In this document: positions 9,317-18,495 of the stretch, piece after piece | Layout of the letters: each line of letters begins with the position of its first letter | Position numbering within the stretch: the stretch's first letter is position 1 | From: an uncultured Gammaproteobacteria bacterium | Lineage (GTDB): Bacteria; Patescibacteriota; Patescibacteriia; UBA9934; CAMTUG01 | Length of the DNA: 64,000 bases | Reading direction: 5' to 3' | NCBI GenBank assembly: GCA_964588955.1 | Contig: CAZPQJ010000001.1 | Span: forward strand, 93,572 to 157,571 | Notes under the pieces: generated by a model | What the model saw: the letters and a program-made list of their open reading frames with translations, nothing else | What the model was told of the DNA's origin: nothing | Databases searched by the model: none | Made by a program: the position numbers and the translations under genes

Positions 9317-10084
9317 ATGGCGCATATTATTTCGGTGGTCAATCAAAAGGGAGGGGTGGGTAAAACAACCACCAGTGTAAACTTAGGGGCATATTTGGCG
9401 CACTTGGGGAAGTTTGTGTTGATTGTGGATTTGGATCCTCAAGCCAATGCTTCATCCGCCTTCGGTATTAACTATCGAGAAATTCCCGGAGGAACCTATG
9501 AAACGATGATCGGCTCCCATCGTATTAAAGATTTGATCATTCCTACCGAACATGAAGGGCTGAAAATCCTTCCCGCCTCTCCTTCGCTTGCGGGGGCCGC
9601 AGTCGAGTTAGTCAACGAACTGGCTCGTGAGCACAAATTGCATCAAGCATTGCTTGAGGTGCGTAACGATTTTGATTATATTTTGATCGATAATCCTCCG
9701 TCGCTTGGACTTCTCACGATTAATGGATTGGTGGCTTCGGACTCCGTGCTCATTCCGGTGCAAGCGGAATATTTCGCCTTGGAAGGATTGGGACAACTTC
9801 TTGGCACGATCGACTTGATCAAACAATCCTTGAAACCGGAATTGAAAGTGATGGGAGCGGTGATCACGATGTTTGATCCTCGTACGAAGTTGTCGCAAGA
9901 AGTGTTCTCGGAATTGTACAAGTATTTCCCAGACACCATTTACCGTTCGGTGATTCCGCGCAGTGTGCGTTTGGCGGAAGCCCCGAGTTTTGGACAATCC
10001 ATTTTACGTTACGATCCTGCGAGTAAAGCCGCTAAGGCCTATGAACGATTGGCTCGCGAATTTTTATATAGAGAGGAATTATGA
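9317..10084 (+). CDS. parA: Chromosome partitioning ATPase ParA/Soj
   Basis: NQKGGVGKTTT, DLDPQAN, VRLAEAPSFG. Confidence 0.96.
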   Translation: MAHIISVVNQKGGVGKTTTSVNLGAYLAHLGKFVLIVDLDPQANASSAFGINYREIPGGTYETMIGSHRIKDLIIPTEHEGLKILPASPSLAGAAVELVNELAREHKLHQALLEVRNDFDYILIDNPPSLGLLTINGLVASDSVLIPVQAEYFALEGLGQLLGTIDLIKQSLKPELKVMGAVITMFDPRTKLSQEVFSELYKYFPDTIYRSVIPRSVRLAEAPSFGQSILRYDPASKAAKAYERLAREFLYREEL

Positions 10085-10947
10085 ACAAATCATCCGGCTT
10101 AGGAAGGGGACTCGGGTCATTGATCCCCATGAAACAACCATTGGTGGCAGCGAGTCCGGCCCTGACAACGCCGAGTGGTTCAGGCGTACGTGAAGTGGCC
10201 CTCGCGTTGATCGTGCCTAACCCGCGCCAGCCGCGACGGCATTTTTCTCCGTCGGAGCTGGAAGATTTAATTGCTTCGATTAAAGAGCATGGATTGCTGC
10301 AGCCGCTCGTGGTTACCGAATTGCCAGACGGACGTTACGAATTGATCGCTGGGGAGCGTCGTTTGCGCGCTTCCACCATGTTGGGACTCAAAGAAGTTCC
10401 GGTGGTTGTGCGCACGGCGAATGATCAGCAAAAACTGGAGTTAGCCTTGATTGAAAATATTCAGCGCCAGGATTTGAATGCTTTGGAAGAGGCGGTGGGG
10501 TATCAAGCGTTGATAGAAGAGTTTCGAATGACACAGGATGACGTGGCTCGGCGCGTGGGGAAGAGCCGTTCGGTGGTGGCTAACACCTTGCGTCTGCTCG
10601 ACTTGCCAAGCGAGATGCAAACTGCGTTAGTCGACGGCAAGATTAGCAAAAGTCACGCCCGCACCTTGTTGGCGGAAACAGATCTAGCGAAACGTGAACA
10701 GTTGTTTCACGCCATGGTGAACGGGTCTGGTATGACTGTCCGCGAAGCGGAGACGCGCGCCAGCGGAGTTAAAAAAATCGGATCTACCCATGCCAAAGAT
10801 CCAAATCTTCTTGACCATGAACGCCGTTTGCGCGAAATCCTCGGAACCAAAGTTGAGATTCTCGACCGCGCCGGAAAAGGAAAGGTCGTTTTGCATTACT
10901 ATTCCAAAGAAGAGCTGCGTGAACTCCTCCATCGTCTCGCAGATTAA
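10081..10947 (+). CDS. parB: Chromosome partitioning protein ParB/Spo0J
   Basis: GLGRGLGSLI, LIAGERRLRA, ALIENIQRQDLN, HTH. Confidence 0.96.
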   Translation: MNKSSGLGRGLGSLIPMKQPLVAASPALTTPSGSGVREVALALIVPNPRQPRRHFSPSELEDLIASIKEHGLLQPLVVTELPDGRYELIAGERRLRASTMLGLKEVPVVVRTANDQQKLELALIENIQRQDLNALEEAVGYQALIEEFRMTQDDVARRVGKSRSVVANTLRLLDLPSEMQTALVDGKISKSHARTLLAETDLAKREQLFHAMVNGSGMTVREAETRASGVKKIGSTHAKDPNLLDHERRLREILGTKVEILDRAGKGKVVLHYYSKEELRELLHRLAD

Positions 10948-12449
10948 GCTCCTTTGTTTTTCCTTTTCGGCCCGACCATTTTGTCGAGCCACACTTTGAC
11001 CGAACTGCGCGTGGCTTCGCGTAGTTTTGTGCGCGCGTGGTGGGTTTTGACGAATTTAAGCCAGTCCGCGTTCGGACCTTTGCGTTTTTTGTCTAAAATA
11101 ATTTCACACATGTCGCCAGACTGGAGCTCGGTATCTAAGTTGGTCATTTTGTCGTTGACGCGGCAGCCCATGCATTTATCGCCCACGTCGGTGTGAATGG
11201 CATAAGCGAAATCCACCGGCGTTGAACCTTCTGGGAGATCAATCACGTCGCCTTTGGGAGTCAGGACGAAAATACGGTCTTTGAATACCTCCAGCTTCAT
11301 GTCTTCTAGTTGTCCTAAAAAGTCCTGATTGCTATCAATGGCTTTGTGGATTTGCGCCAGCTCGTCCATCCATTTCATGTCTTTGGCTCGTACGCGACCA
11401 CCTTCTTTGTATCTCCAGTGGGCGGCGATACCGTATTCGGCATGATCGTGCATTTCTTGCGTACGGATTTGTAATTCTACAATCGCTCCGCGATCGGCAA
11501 AGATGGTCGTGTGCAAAGACTGATAGCCATTGGGCTTTGGTTGAGAAATGTAGTCTTTAATTCTTCCGGGGAGCGGTTTCCAGCGTTTGTGCAGAATGCC
11601 AAGAACGGCATAGCATTGACTGACGTCGGAAACAATAATACGAATAGCGATGATGTCGTAAACTTTGTTAATGTCGTCGTTATACTTTTCCAGTTTGCGA
11701 TACAGGCTGTACAAACGCTTCACGCGACCGTGAATAGAGATGGGCTCGATGGCGTTTTCTTGCAAGTCTTTCTTCGCCTCTTCCATGGTGCGATTTACAA
11801 CCATCTCCTTTTCTTTAACTTGGCGTTCCAAGAGTGTGTTGACGTATTGATACGCTTTCGGATCGGCATGCATGAACGCCAAATCTTCCAAATCACCACG
11901 CATCTCTCCCATGCCCAATCGGTTAGCGATGGGAGCATAGATTTCCAGGACTTCTTTGGCGATGCGAAGTTGTTTTTCTTTGGGGCGAGCAAAGAGGGTA
12001 CGCAAGTTGTGTAGACGATCGGCAAACTTAATGAATACGACACGCACGTCTTCGGCCATAGCCAAAAACATCCGCCGCATATTTTCGGCGTAAATATCGT
12101 TGCCGACGTATTTGAGTTTTTTGAGTTTGGTGACCGCTTCAACAAGCTTGGCAACATCTTCTCCAAATTCTGTCTGTAGGTGTTCGATCGTAATATCGGT
12201 ATCTTCGACGACGTCGTGTAGGAGTCCGGCGGCTAAGCAGCTCATCCCTAATCGCATTTGTGCCAATTTATAGGCGGTAGCCAAAGGGTGAACAATGTAG
12301 TCATGACCCGTTTGGCGTTTTTTCCCCTCATGCGCTTTGGCAGCCAACGCATAAGCTCGCCCGATTAGATCAAGATCAGGTTGCTCATAGTTCTTTTTAA
12401 TAAGATCCACGAGTTCGTCAAAGTTGTACTCAATCTTTTGGTCGACCAT
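10944..12449 (-). CDS. rel: RelA/SpoT family (p)ppGpp synthetase/hydrolase, short form (HD+SYNTH+TGS)
   Basis: LLHDVVEDT, KFADRLHN, YQSLHTT, ELQIRT, TPVDFAYAIHT; start re-called from a TTTACA-17-TACTCT promoter. Confidence 0.93.
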   Translation of the reverse strand: MVDQKIEYNFDELVDLIKKNYEQPDLDLIGRAYALAAKAHEGKKRQTGHDYIVHPLATAYKLAQMRLGMSCLAAGLLHDVVEDTDITIEHLQTEFGEDVAKLVEAVTKLKKLKYVGNDIYAENMRRMFLAMAEDVRVVFIKFADRLHNLRTLFARPKEKQLRIAKEVLEIYAPIANRLGMGEMRGDLEDLAFMHADPKAYQYVNTLLERQVKEKEMVVNRTMEEAKKDLQENAIEPISIHGRVKRLYSLYRKLEKYNDDINKVYDIIAIRIIVSDVSQCYAVLGILHKRWKPLPGRIKDYISQPKPNGYQSLHTTIFADRGAIVELQIRTQEMHDHAEYGIAAHWRYKEGGRVRAKDMKWMDELAQIHKAIDSNQDFLGQLEDMKLEVFKDRIFVLTPKGDVIDLPEGSTPVDFAYAIHTDVGDKCMGCRVNDKMTNLDTELQSGDMCEIILDKKRKGPNADWLKFVKTHHARTKLREATRSSVKVWLDKMVGPKRKNKGA

Positions 12450-12545
12450 AGACACCATCTTAGAGTACGATCGACCGAGGTTTTTGTAAAGATTGGCTAA
12501 AGAAGTCGATATGAAAGCGCCTCCGCACACGAGGGGGCGGAGGGG

Positions 12546-13172
12546 CTATACTAGTTGGAATCCAAAGAGGCCGTGGAAGCAGATTGCCTCGAGGATACGG
12601 TAGAGGTCTAAACTGATGGGTCGGCCGGTAGACGTTACTCCGCGCTGGATTTCATCCAGTGGTGCAAAGTAAACGCGCGGATCGTTTCCGCTTGCCCGCT
12701 GGAAGTCCTCCATCCAGTCCGGTGGAATGACGGTGAGAGAGCAGAAGATGGCAGACGTGGTCGGAATGGGCTTGGTGTATCTCGTACCATCGCCGCGTTT
12801 GTTGCGTAGTCGAATCATCGGGTAGTCGAAAAGGAACTTGACCTGGCGGCGGGCGTGCGCTGTTCGCAAGGGGCGGCGGACGATCGGCGGCTGCATTTCC
12901 TCATCACCTTCTTGGCACACCTCGCGACGCACCGCGGCACGGCGCGACTCGCGTTGCATGCGTGAAAGCTTCCGGATGACGCCGTCGACTTCGTCGGCCG
13001 GGACAATGCGAATGATGTCTTGACCAAGCGCATCTTGCATTTTTCCACTGAAAGGCCAGTATTGACCACGGTCCTTGTGCCAGTGGGTTAAAAGGCGCCC
13101 TCGCTCATCGACCACGATCGCGGCCGCAAGAGCGAGCACGCGTTCAAGGCCCGGTCGGTAGATCTTCTTCAC
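12546..13172 (-). CDS. Hypothetical protein, degenerate Nudix-like
   Basis: AAAIVVDERGRLL..GK..ESRRAAVRREVCQEG; GTG start preceded by AGGAGGT. Confidence 0.55.
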   Translation of the reverse strand: MKKIYRPGLERVLALAAAIVVDERGRLLTHWHKDRGQYWPFSGKMQDALGQDIIRIVPADEVDGVIRKLSRMQRESRRAAVRREVCQEGDEEMQPPIVRRPLRTAHARRQVKFLFDYPMIRLRNKRGDGTRYTKPIPTTSAIFCSLTVIPPDWMEDFQRASGNDPRVYFAPLDEIQRGVTSTGRPISLDLYRILEAICFHGLFGFQLV

Positions 13173-13319
13173 GAAGACCTCCTATGAGTGAGGTTGGGGT
13201 AGGATTGATTGACGATCCCGCATCAACGATGAGGCTTTTTGACGACATTGTCAAGGATTGCGCCTTCGCACGGGGAGCGGTAAACTATCCGTAACATCTT
13301 TGATTGATTGTGTTGATGT

Positions 13320-14792
13320 ATGGCTAGAACAAGGTTTCAAACAGGACGCGGAGGCGGCACCCGACCACCGGATCATCCACCTGGTGGAGCACCGGCAGCA
13401 CCGGATCGTACGTTGAGGATTGTGGACACGAAAGCGGCTCTCGAGGCTGCCGTAGAAGTTCGTAAAGCAGAGGTTGAACGCATTAAGACGAAGGAAGCGG
13501 CCGAAAAACGAAGAGCACAGGCACATGCGGATATGTTGGCAGCGCAAGCGCGTGTCCAGGATAATTTTCGCTACGACATTGCTGGGGTGCCAAATTCAGC
13601 CGATGCCGACGCGCCGCGAGAAGTCCACTTTAATCTGAAGGCATCAAGTGGAACCGACGTCGACTTGGCGGCGTTTTTGCCAGAGTTGCGTGGCATGCGG
13701 TTGTTGGTTGGTGAGGAGAAACTACGGCGCATGGAAACAGAAGAGATCGATGCGGAAACCCATGAACGCGTCGTGCGTGTTCCAGAAGCCTTGTTGGTGG
13801 AGGGAGATGGTACATCTGCCGCAGACACAGGCAAGTTACTTTTGTTTATTGAACAAGCGGTTGCCTTGGACACGCCAGAAACCAAGGCACAGGTTGCCGC
13901 GGAGAAAAAGTTGAGCGGGGCGATTGCTGGCATGTTCAAAAAACGACCGCTTGTGCGGGTGCGGGAATATAAAGCGATGGAAGAAGCGGTGGTGCGCGCG
14001 CGAGCGGAGAAGGCGGAGATGGTAGAAGAACTCGTTGAAGAAGTCGTTAAAGAAATTAAGGAAAAGGAGCACATCGATTTATTTGCACCGTTTGGAGGTG
14101 AAGAAGGGTGGAAAAAACAGTATCGTGAACGCTTGGAAGCGGAGTACAAAGCATCGGAATACTTGTTTGCCCCCAAGGAGTTAAAACAAGAAGAGCACGG
14201 GCATGATGAGGGCCATGCGGAAGAGGGCCACGGCCACGGCCATGGTCATGGAGGATCCAAAGGCGTGTTTGGAGTCTTTAAGGACGCGGCCAAAGAGACA
14301 AAGAATATTTTTGTCACTCTCGATAATGATCTCACCATCCGTGTCGCGGCTATCGACGCGCATTTTGCGAAGGAGGAAAAAGAGATTCATCACCGTTTGA
14401 AAACGATCAAAGAGGAGGAAAAACATGATAAGGAGCATAGAACGACGGTGCCGTTCTTTAGCAAGGAAATGCTAAAACGTCTCGGCACAGATGCGAAACG
14501 ATTTGTAAAAAAGAGCGGAGTGACTGCGGAATTGGGCTGGGAAGAAACAAAACGGTTAACGTACAAATATCCCGGAACCGCTGTTAAGTCGTTGTCCTAC
14601 GTTGGTGGACTAGCGGCAGTGCCGACAATCTCGCTTGGAATGGGGATTTGGGGTCTCACCAATTTGCCGGGTTTGAAAGGAGCTAAAGAAGAAGTTGCTA
14701 ACTGGATCAACTGGGGGATGGGGTTGGTAGGACTACCCTGGGAGATTCCTACAGGCAAGAAAAAAGGTGGCGGCGGACACGATCATCATTAA
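13320..14792 (+). CDS. Hypothetical His-rich coiled-coil protein
   Basis: 490-aa ORF with TTGCGC-17-TAAACT promoter upstream and a terminator downstream. Confidence 0.75.
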   Translation: MARTRFQTGRGGGTRPPDHPPGGAPAAPDRTLRIVDTKAALEAAVEVRKAEVERIKTKEAAEKRRAQAHADMLAAQARVQDNFRYDIAGVPNSADADAPREVHFNLKASSGTDVDLAAFLPELRGMRLLVGEEKLRRMETEEIDAETHERVVRVPEALLVEGDGTSAADTGKLLLFIEQAVALDTPETKAQVAAEKKLSGAIAGMFKKRPLVRVREYKAMEEAVVRARAEKAEMVEELVEEVVKEIKEKEHIDLFAPFGGEEGWKKQYRERLEAEYKASEYLFAPKELKQEEHGHDEGHAEEGHGHGHGHGGSKGVFGVFKDAAKETKNIFVTLDNDLTIRVAAIDAHFAKEEKEIHHRLKTIKEEEKHDKEHRTTVPFFSKEMLKRLGTDAKRFVKKSGVTAELGWEETKRLTYKYPGTAVKSLSYVGGLAAVPTISLGMGIWGLTNLPGLKGAKEEVANWINWGMGLVGLPWEIPTGKKKGGGGHDHH

Positions 14793-14796
14793 TAAC

Positions 14797-14823
14797 CAAA
14801 AAGACCCTTGGTGGGTCTTTTTG
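14797..14823. terminator. Bidirectional terminator between the hypothetical gene and topA
   Basis: CAAAAAGACCC-TTGGT-GGGTCTTTTTG. Confidence 0.8.
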
Positions 14824-14825
14824 AT

Positions 14826-17027
14826 TTATTCCTCGCTAGACGTTTCTTCGCTTTGCTTTTTGAAATCGCACTCTTTGTTGGAACATTTGATGACGCCCTT
14901 GGCAGCAAAAACGAGAAGGGATTTACAGGTGGGGCAGGTTTCGCCATTGGGTTTGTTCCATAAGGCAAATTTACAGTCTGGATAGCGGTTGCAGGAATAG
15001 AAGACTTTGCCGCGCTTGGAGCGCTTCTCGGTGATGTCGCCTTCTTTACATTCCGGACATTTGACCCCGATCCCTTTGTCCATCGATTTGATCGTTTTGC
15101 ATTCTGGATAGCGTGAACAGGAAAGGAAAGAGCCGAAGCGGCCTTGCTTAATCACCATCGGGGCTTGGCAGGCGGAGCATTTCTCTTCTGTACTCAAGAC
15201 TTCCATCTTTTCCGTGTCTTGTTTGAGTGGCTTGGTATTTTTGCATTCTGGGAATCCGGTGCAGGCGAGGAATTTGCCGAAGCGGCCGAATTTAATCACC
15301 ATCGGCTTACCGCATTTTTCGCACACCTCTTCGGTAGGAATTTCTTCCCGCTTGGTCTTGGCAATCTCTCCTTCTTTGGCTTTGAGGGCGGCGGCAAACG
15401 GTTCCCAAAACGCGGAGAGCATGGGGCCCCATTCCACCGTGCCCTCGGCCACTTCGTCGAGCGACGTTTCCATGTTGGCGGTAAACTGATAGTCAACAAT
15501 GTTGGGGAAGTGTTCCATCAGCAAGTCGGTGACTTGTCCGGCCACGGGAGTGGGAAAGAGTTTTTTGCTTTCATCGCGTTCCACATATCCGCGATCGATT
15601 ACTGTGGCAATCGTCGGCGCATAGGTGGACGGACGCCCAATGCCATGTTCTTCCAGTACCTTCACGAGCGAGGCGTCGGAATAACGCGCTGGTGGTTCGG
15701 TAAAGTGCTGTGTTGGGGTGATGCTGACGGCCTCGACGGCATCGCCTTGGTTCATGGCTGGCAGCAAGGTTTCTTTAGCCGCTTTGTAGACTTTCATGAA
15801 GCCGTCAAACACAACAATCGAACCATTGGCACGGAACGCCGTGTCGATACCTTCTGCCACGATATCTACCGCCGTGCGCTCGAGTTCCGCTTCCGGCATT
15901 TGGGTGGCCATAGTGCGGCGCCAAATGAGGTTGTAGAGTTTCCATTCCGCACCTTCAAGATCGTTTTTCAACAGCGTTGGTTCGGCAGCGGCATCGGTTG
16001 GGCGGATAGCTTCGTGCGCTTCTTGCGCTCCTTTGGATTTGGTTTTAAATTTGCGCGGCTCGCTCAATTGATACTCTTTGCCGTACTCCTTGCCGATGAA
16101 TTCACTGGCGGAATGCAAGAAGGCGTCGGCCAGGTTCATGGAGTCGGTACGCATGTAAGTGATGCGCCCCGTTTCATACAGGCGCTGCGCGGTCATCATG
16201 GTCATTTTGGCGCTCATCCCCAGTTTGGTGTTAGCCTCTTGCTGTAAGGAAGAGGTGGTAAGCGGTGTTGGCGCCGCCTTTTTGACCTGCTTTTTTGCGA
16301 CCTCGCCAACGGTGAATGGCTTACCTGCCACGGCATCAACAATTGCTTTGGCCTCGGCGTCATTTTTGATATCGAGCTTTTCAATCTTTTTGCCGTTGGC
16401 ACGAATGAGTCCTGCCTCAAACTCCATGCCGTCCTTTTTGAACAGGCCATCAATCGACCAGTATTCTTCTTTCTTGAACGCTTCGCGCTCGCGCTCGCGC
16501 TCCACAATCAAGCGCACGGCAACGGATTGCACGCGCCCGGCAGAAAGCCCGCGCTGAATTTTTTTCCACAGAAGTGGCGAAAGGGAATAGCCGACCAAGC
16601 GGTCGAGCACGCGTCGCGCTTGCTGGGCGTCGACCATGCGCATGTCCAAATGCCGCGGATGTTCCACGGCGGCGTCGATGGCAGTTTTGGTGATTTCGTG
16701 AAAGGTAATGCGTTTGGCTTTGTCTTCCGGAATCTCTAAAATTTCCGCCAAGTGCCAGCTGATCGCTTCTCCTTCACGGTCCTCGTCTGTTGCCAGGTAG
16801 ACTTCATCTGCTTTGGCTGCCGCTTTTTTGAGGGCAGTGACATTTTTGCGTGCCTTGGTTGGAATGACGTACTTGGGCGTGAAGCCGTGCTCCACGTCTA
16901 CGCCGATGTTGTTTTTTGGTAAGTCGCGTACATGACCAAAACTGGAAAGGACGACATAGTCCTTTCCAAGATATTTGGAGATCGTTTTCGCTTTAGTGGG
17001 AGACTCGACGATGAGGAGCTTGGCCAT
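14826..17027 (-). CDS. topA: DNA topoisomerase I with C-terminal Zn ribbons
   Basis: LLIVESPTKAKTI, ATDEDREGEAI, SAGRVQS, ITYMRTD, C4 repeats; start ATG 17027. Confidence 0.97.
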   Translation of the reverse strand: MAKLLIVESPTKAKTISKYLGKDYVVLSSFGHVRDLPKNNIGVDVEHGFTPKYVIPTKARKNVTALKKAAAKADEVYLATDEDREGEAISWHLAEILEIPEDKAKRITFHEITKTAIDAAVEHPRHLDMRMVDAQQARRVLDRLVGYSLSPLLWKKIQRGLSAGRVQSVAVRLIVEREREREAFKKEEYWSIDGLFKKDGMEFEAGLIRANGKKIEKLDIKNDAEAKAIVDAVAGKPFTVGEVAKKQVKKAAPTPLTTSSLQQEANTKLGMSAKMTMMTAQRLYETGRITYMRTDSMNLADAFLHSASEFIGKEYGKEYQLSEPRKFKTKSKGAQEAHEAIRPTDAAAEPTLLKNDLEGAEWKLYNLIWRRTMATQMPEAELERTAVDIVAEGIDTAFRANGSIVVFDGFMKVYKAAKETLLPAMNQGDAVEAVSITPTQHFTEPPARYSDASLVKVLEEHGIGRPSTYAPTIATVIDRGYVERDESKKLFPTPVAGQVTDLLMEHFPNIVDYQFTANMETSLDEVAEGTVEWGPMLSAFWEPFAAALKAKEGEIAKTKREEIPTEEVCEKCGKPMVIKFGRFGKFLACTGFPECKNTKPLKQDTEKMEVLSTEEKCSACQAPMVIKQGRFGSFLSCSRYPECKTIKSMDKGIGVKCPECKEGDITEKRSKRGKVFYSCNRYPDCKFALWNKPNGETCPTCKSLLVFAAKGVIKCSNKECDFKKQSEETSSEE

Positions 17028-17037
17028 AATGTCGTCG

Positions 17038-17066
17038 ATAGTGCCATTGAAAAGTGTCGCTGTCAA
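17038..17066 (-). promoter_or_regulatory. Sigma70 promoter of topA (near-leaderless)
   Basis: TTGACA-17bp-CACTAT, 10 nt before ATG. Confidence 0.65.
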
Positions 17067-17073
17067 GAAGTCC

Positions 17074-17937
17074 CTAGCAGATAATGTAATAATTTCCTCC
17101 CACGTGGCGCACTTTCCCTTTGATTTCCATGAGCGTTAAGGAGGTGCCAACGACTTTAGCGGAAAGCGTGCTTTCACGAATAATGACGTCCATATGTTTG
17201 GGTTGTCTGCCAAGGGTGGGGAGGATCAAGGCTTCTTCTTTTGTATCGGCTTTGACGGGACCAACAGGATCGCGCTCCAGTGCCGCCCCGGACAAATTGA
17301 GAATATCTAAAATGTCATTGGCGGAAGTTACCAAATGAGCACCTTCTTGTATAAGGTGATTTGTTCCTTTACTACTTTCGGCATCGATTGGACCTGGCAC
17401 GGAAAAAATCTGGCGTCCTTGATTACGTGCCGCAGCGGCGGTGAGCAGGGATCCTGAAGCTTGCGTGGCCTCAATTACGAGTGTTCCTAGACACATCCCA
17501 CTGATCGTAAGATTACGGATAGGGAAGTGATGCTTGCGGGCAAAACTTCCTTCAGGGAACTGGCTCATGATTGTTCCACCGTGATTGAGAATGCGGTCTC
17601 CAAGGAGAATATGATCAACAGGCGTCACGCGGTCGGCGCCAGATCCCAACACCGCGATCGTGCGTCCACCAACGTCAATCGCCGACTCGTGAGCAATGGC
17701 ATCAATCCCAAAGGCCAAGCCGGATACGATCGTCAAACCTGCTTGCGCTAGCGGCTCAACAAGCTGGCGCGCCATCCGTTTTCCGTAGTCCGTACACATA
17801 CGGCTTCCAACAACGGCAATCATTGGCGCGTCCGGCTGAAGCGGTTCTCCCCGTATGTAAAGAACCTTCGGAGGATGTTCAATCTCTCGAAGGAGGCGGG
17901 GATATTCAGGACAGGTCAGGTCGATTTTTTTGAGCAC
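17074..17937 (-). CDS. dprA: DNA processing protein DprA
   Basis: IAVVGSR, IVSGLAFGID, FPIRN, SGSLLTA; upstream of topA. Confidence 0.95.
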   Translation of the reverse strand: MLKKIDLTCPEYPRLLREIEHPPKVLYIRGEPLQPDAPMIAVVGSRMCTDYGKRMARQLVEPLAQAGLTIVSGLAFGIDAIAHESAIDVGGRTIAVLGSGADRVTPVDHILLGDRILNHGGTIMSQFPEGSFARKHHFPIRNLTISGMCLGTLVIEATQASGSLLTAAAARNQGRQIFSVPGPIDAESSKGTNHLIQEGAHLVTSANDILDILNLSGAALERDPVGPVKADTKEEALILPTLGRQPKHMDVIIRESTLSAKVVGTSLTLMEIKGKVRHVGGNYYIIC

Positions 17938-17955
17938 ACGTTGTGTTCAAAGGAG

Positions 17956-18495
17956 TTATTTTTCGATCTCTGCCACGACCCCATCTATTACGGCGTCTAA
18001 ATTTTTCTTCTCTTCTGTCGACCACTTGCCCAGCACCCAATTCTCCACTGCAACTTCTCCAGCCCCACCCTCCTTAACAGGTCGTCCAATCCCGATCCGT
18101 ACGCGGGTGAATCCCTTCTCCCCACCAAAGGCGTCGATAATCGACTGCACCCCGTTATGACCAGCCGATCCCTGGCCTTCTTTGATCAAGACACTGCCAA
18201 ATGGTAAATCCAAATCATCGTGTACCACCGTTACGTCTGTTAACAGAATCTTATAATACTGGATGACCTCGCGCACGGATTGCCCGGAAGCGTTCATGAA
18301 GGTGAGTGGTTTAAGCAACAATATTTTTTCATCGTGCAGACGTCCTTCAGCGATTTCTCCATTGAACTTTTTTGATGGGCTCACACCTAGGCGTTGCATC
18401 AGTTTGTCAACGACAAGAAAGCCGACGTTGTGGCGGGTATCCTCGTATTCTTTGCCAGGATTTCCGAGCCCGACAATCAGGTGCATAAGAAACAT
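17956..18495 (-). CDS. pth: Peptidyl-tRNA hydrolase
   Basis: LIVGLGNPG, TRHNVGF, KPLTFMNASG, HDDLD, GHNG. Confidence 0.97.
   Translation of the reverse strand: MFLMHLIVGLGNPGKEYEDTRHNVGFLVVDKLMQRLGVSPSKKFNGEIAEGRLHDEKILLLKPLTFMNASGQSVREVIQYYKILLTDVTVVHDDLDLPFGSVLIKEGQGSAGHNGVQSIIDAFGGEKGFTRVRIGIGRPVKEGGAGEVAVENWVLGKWSTEEKKNLDAVIDGVVAEIEK

Noticed and set aside
9317-10947. parS site or replication origin near parAB
   Set aside because: No TGTTTCACGTGAAACA-like palindrome or DnaA-box cluster was seen; only isolated one-mismatch boxes near 55640 and 62975.
15144-16247. 367-aa plus-strand ORF and other long antisense ORFs (43675-44391, 44022-44675, 46343-47176, 32684-33427)
   Set aside because: They are antisense shadows of topA, ftsZ, pyk and the giant gene, with no recognisable motifs.
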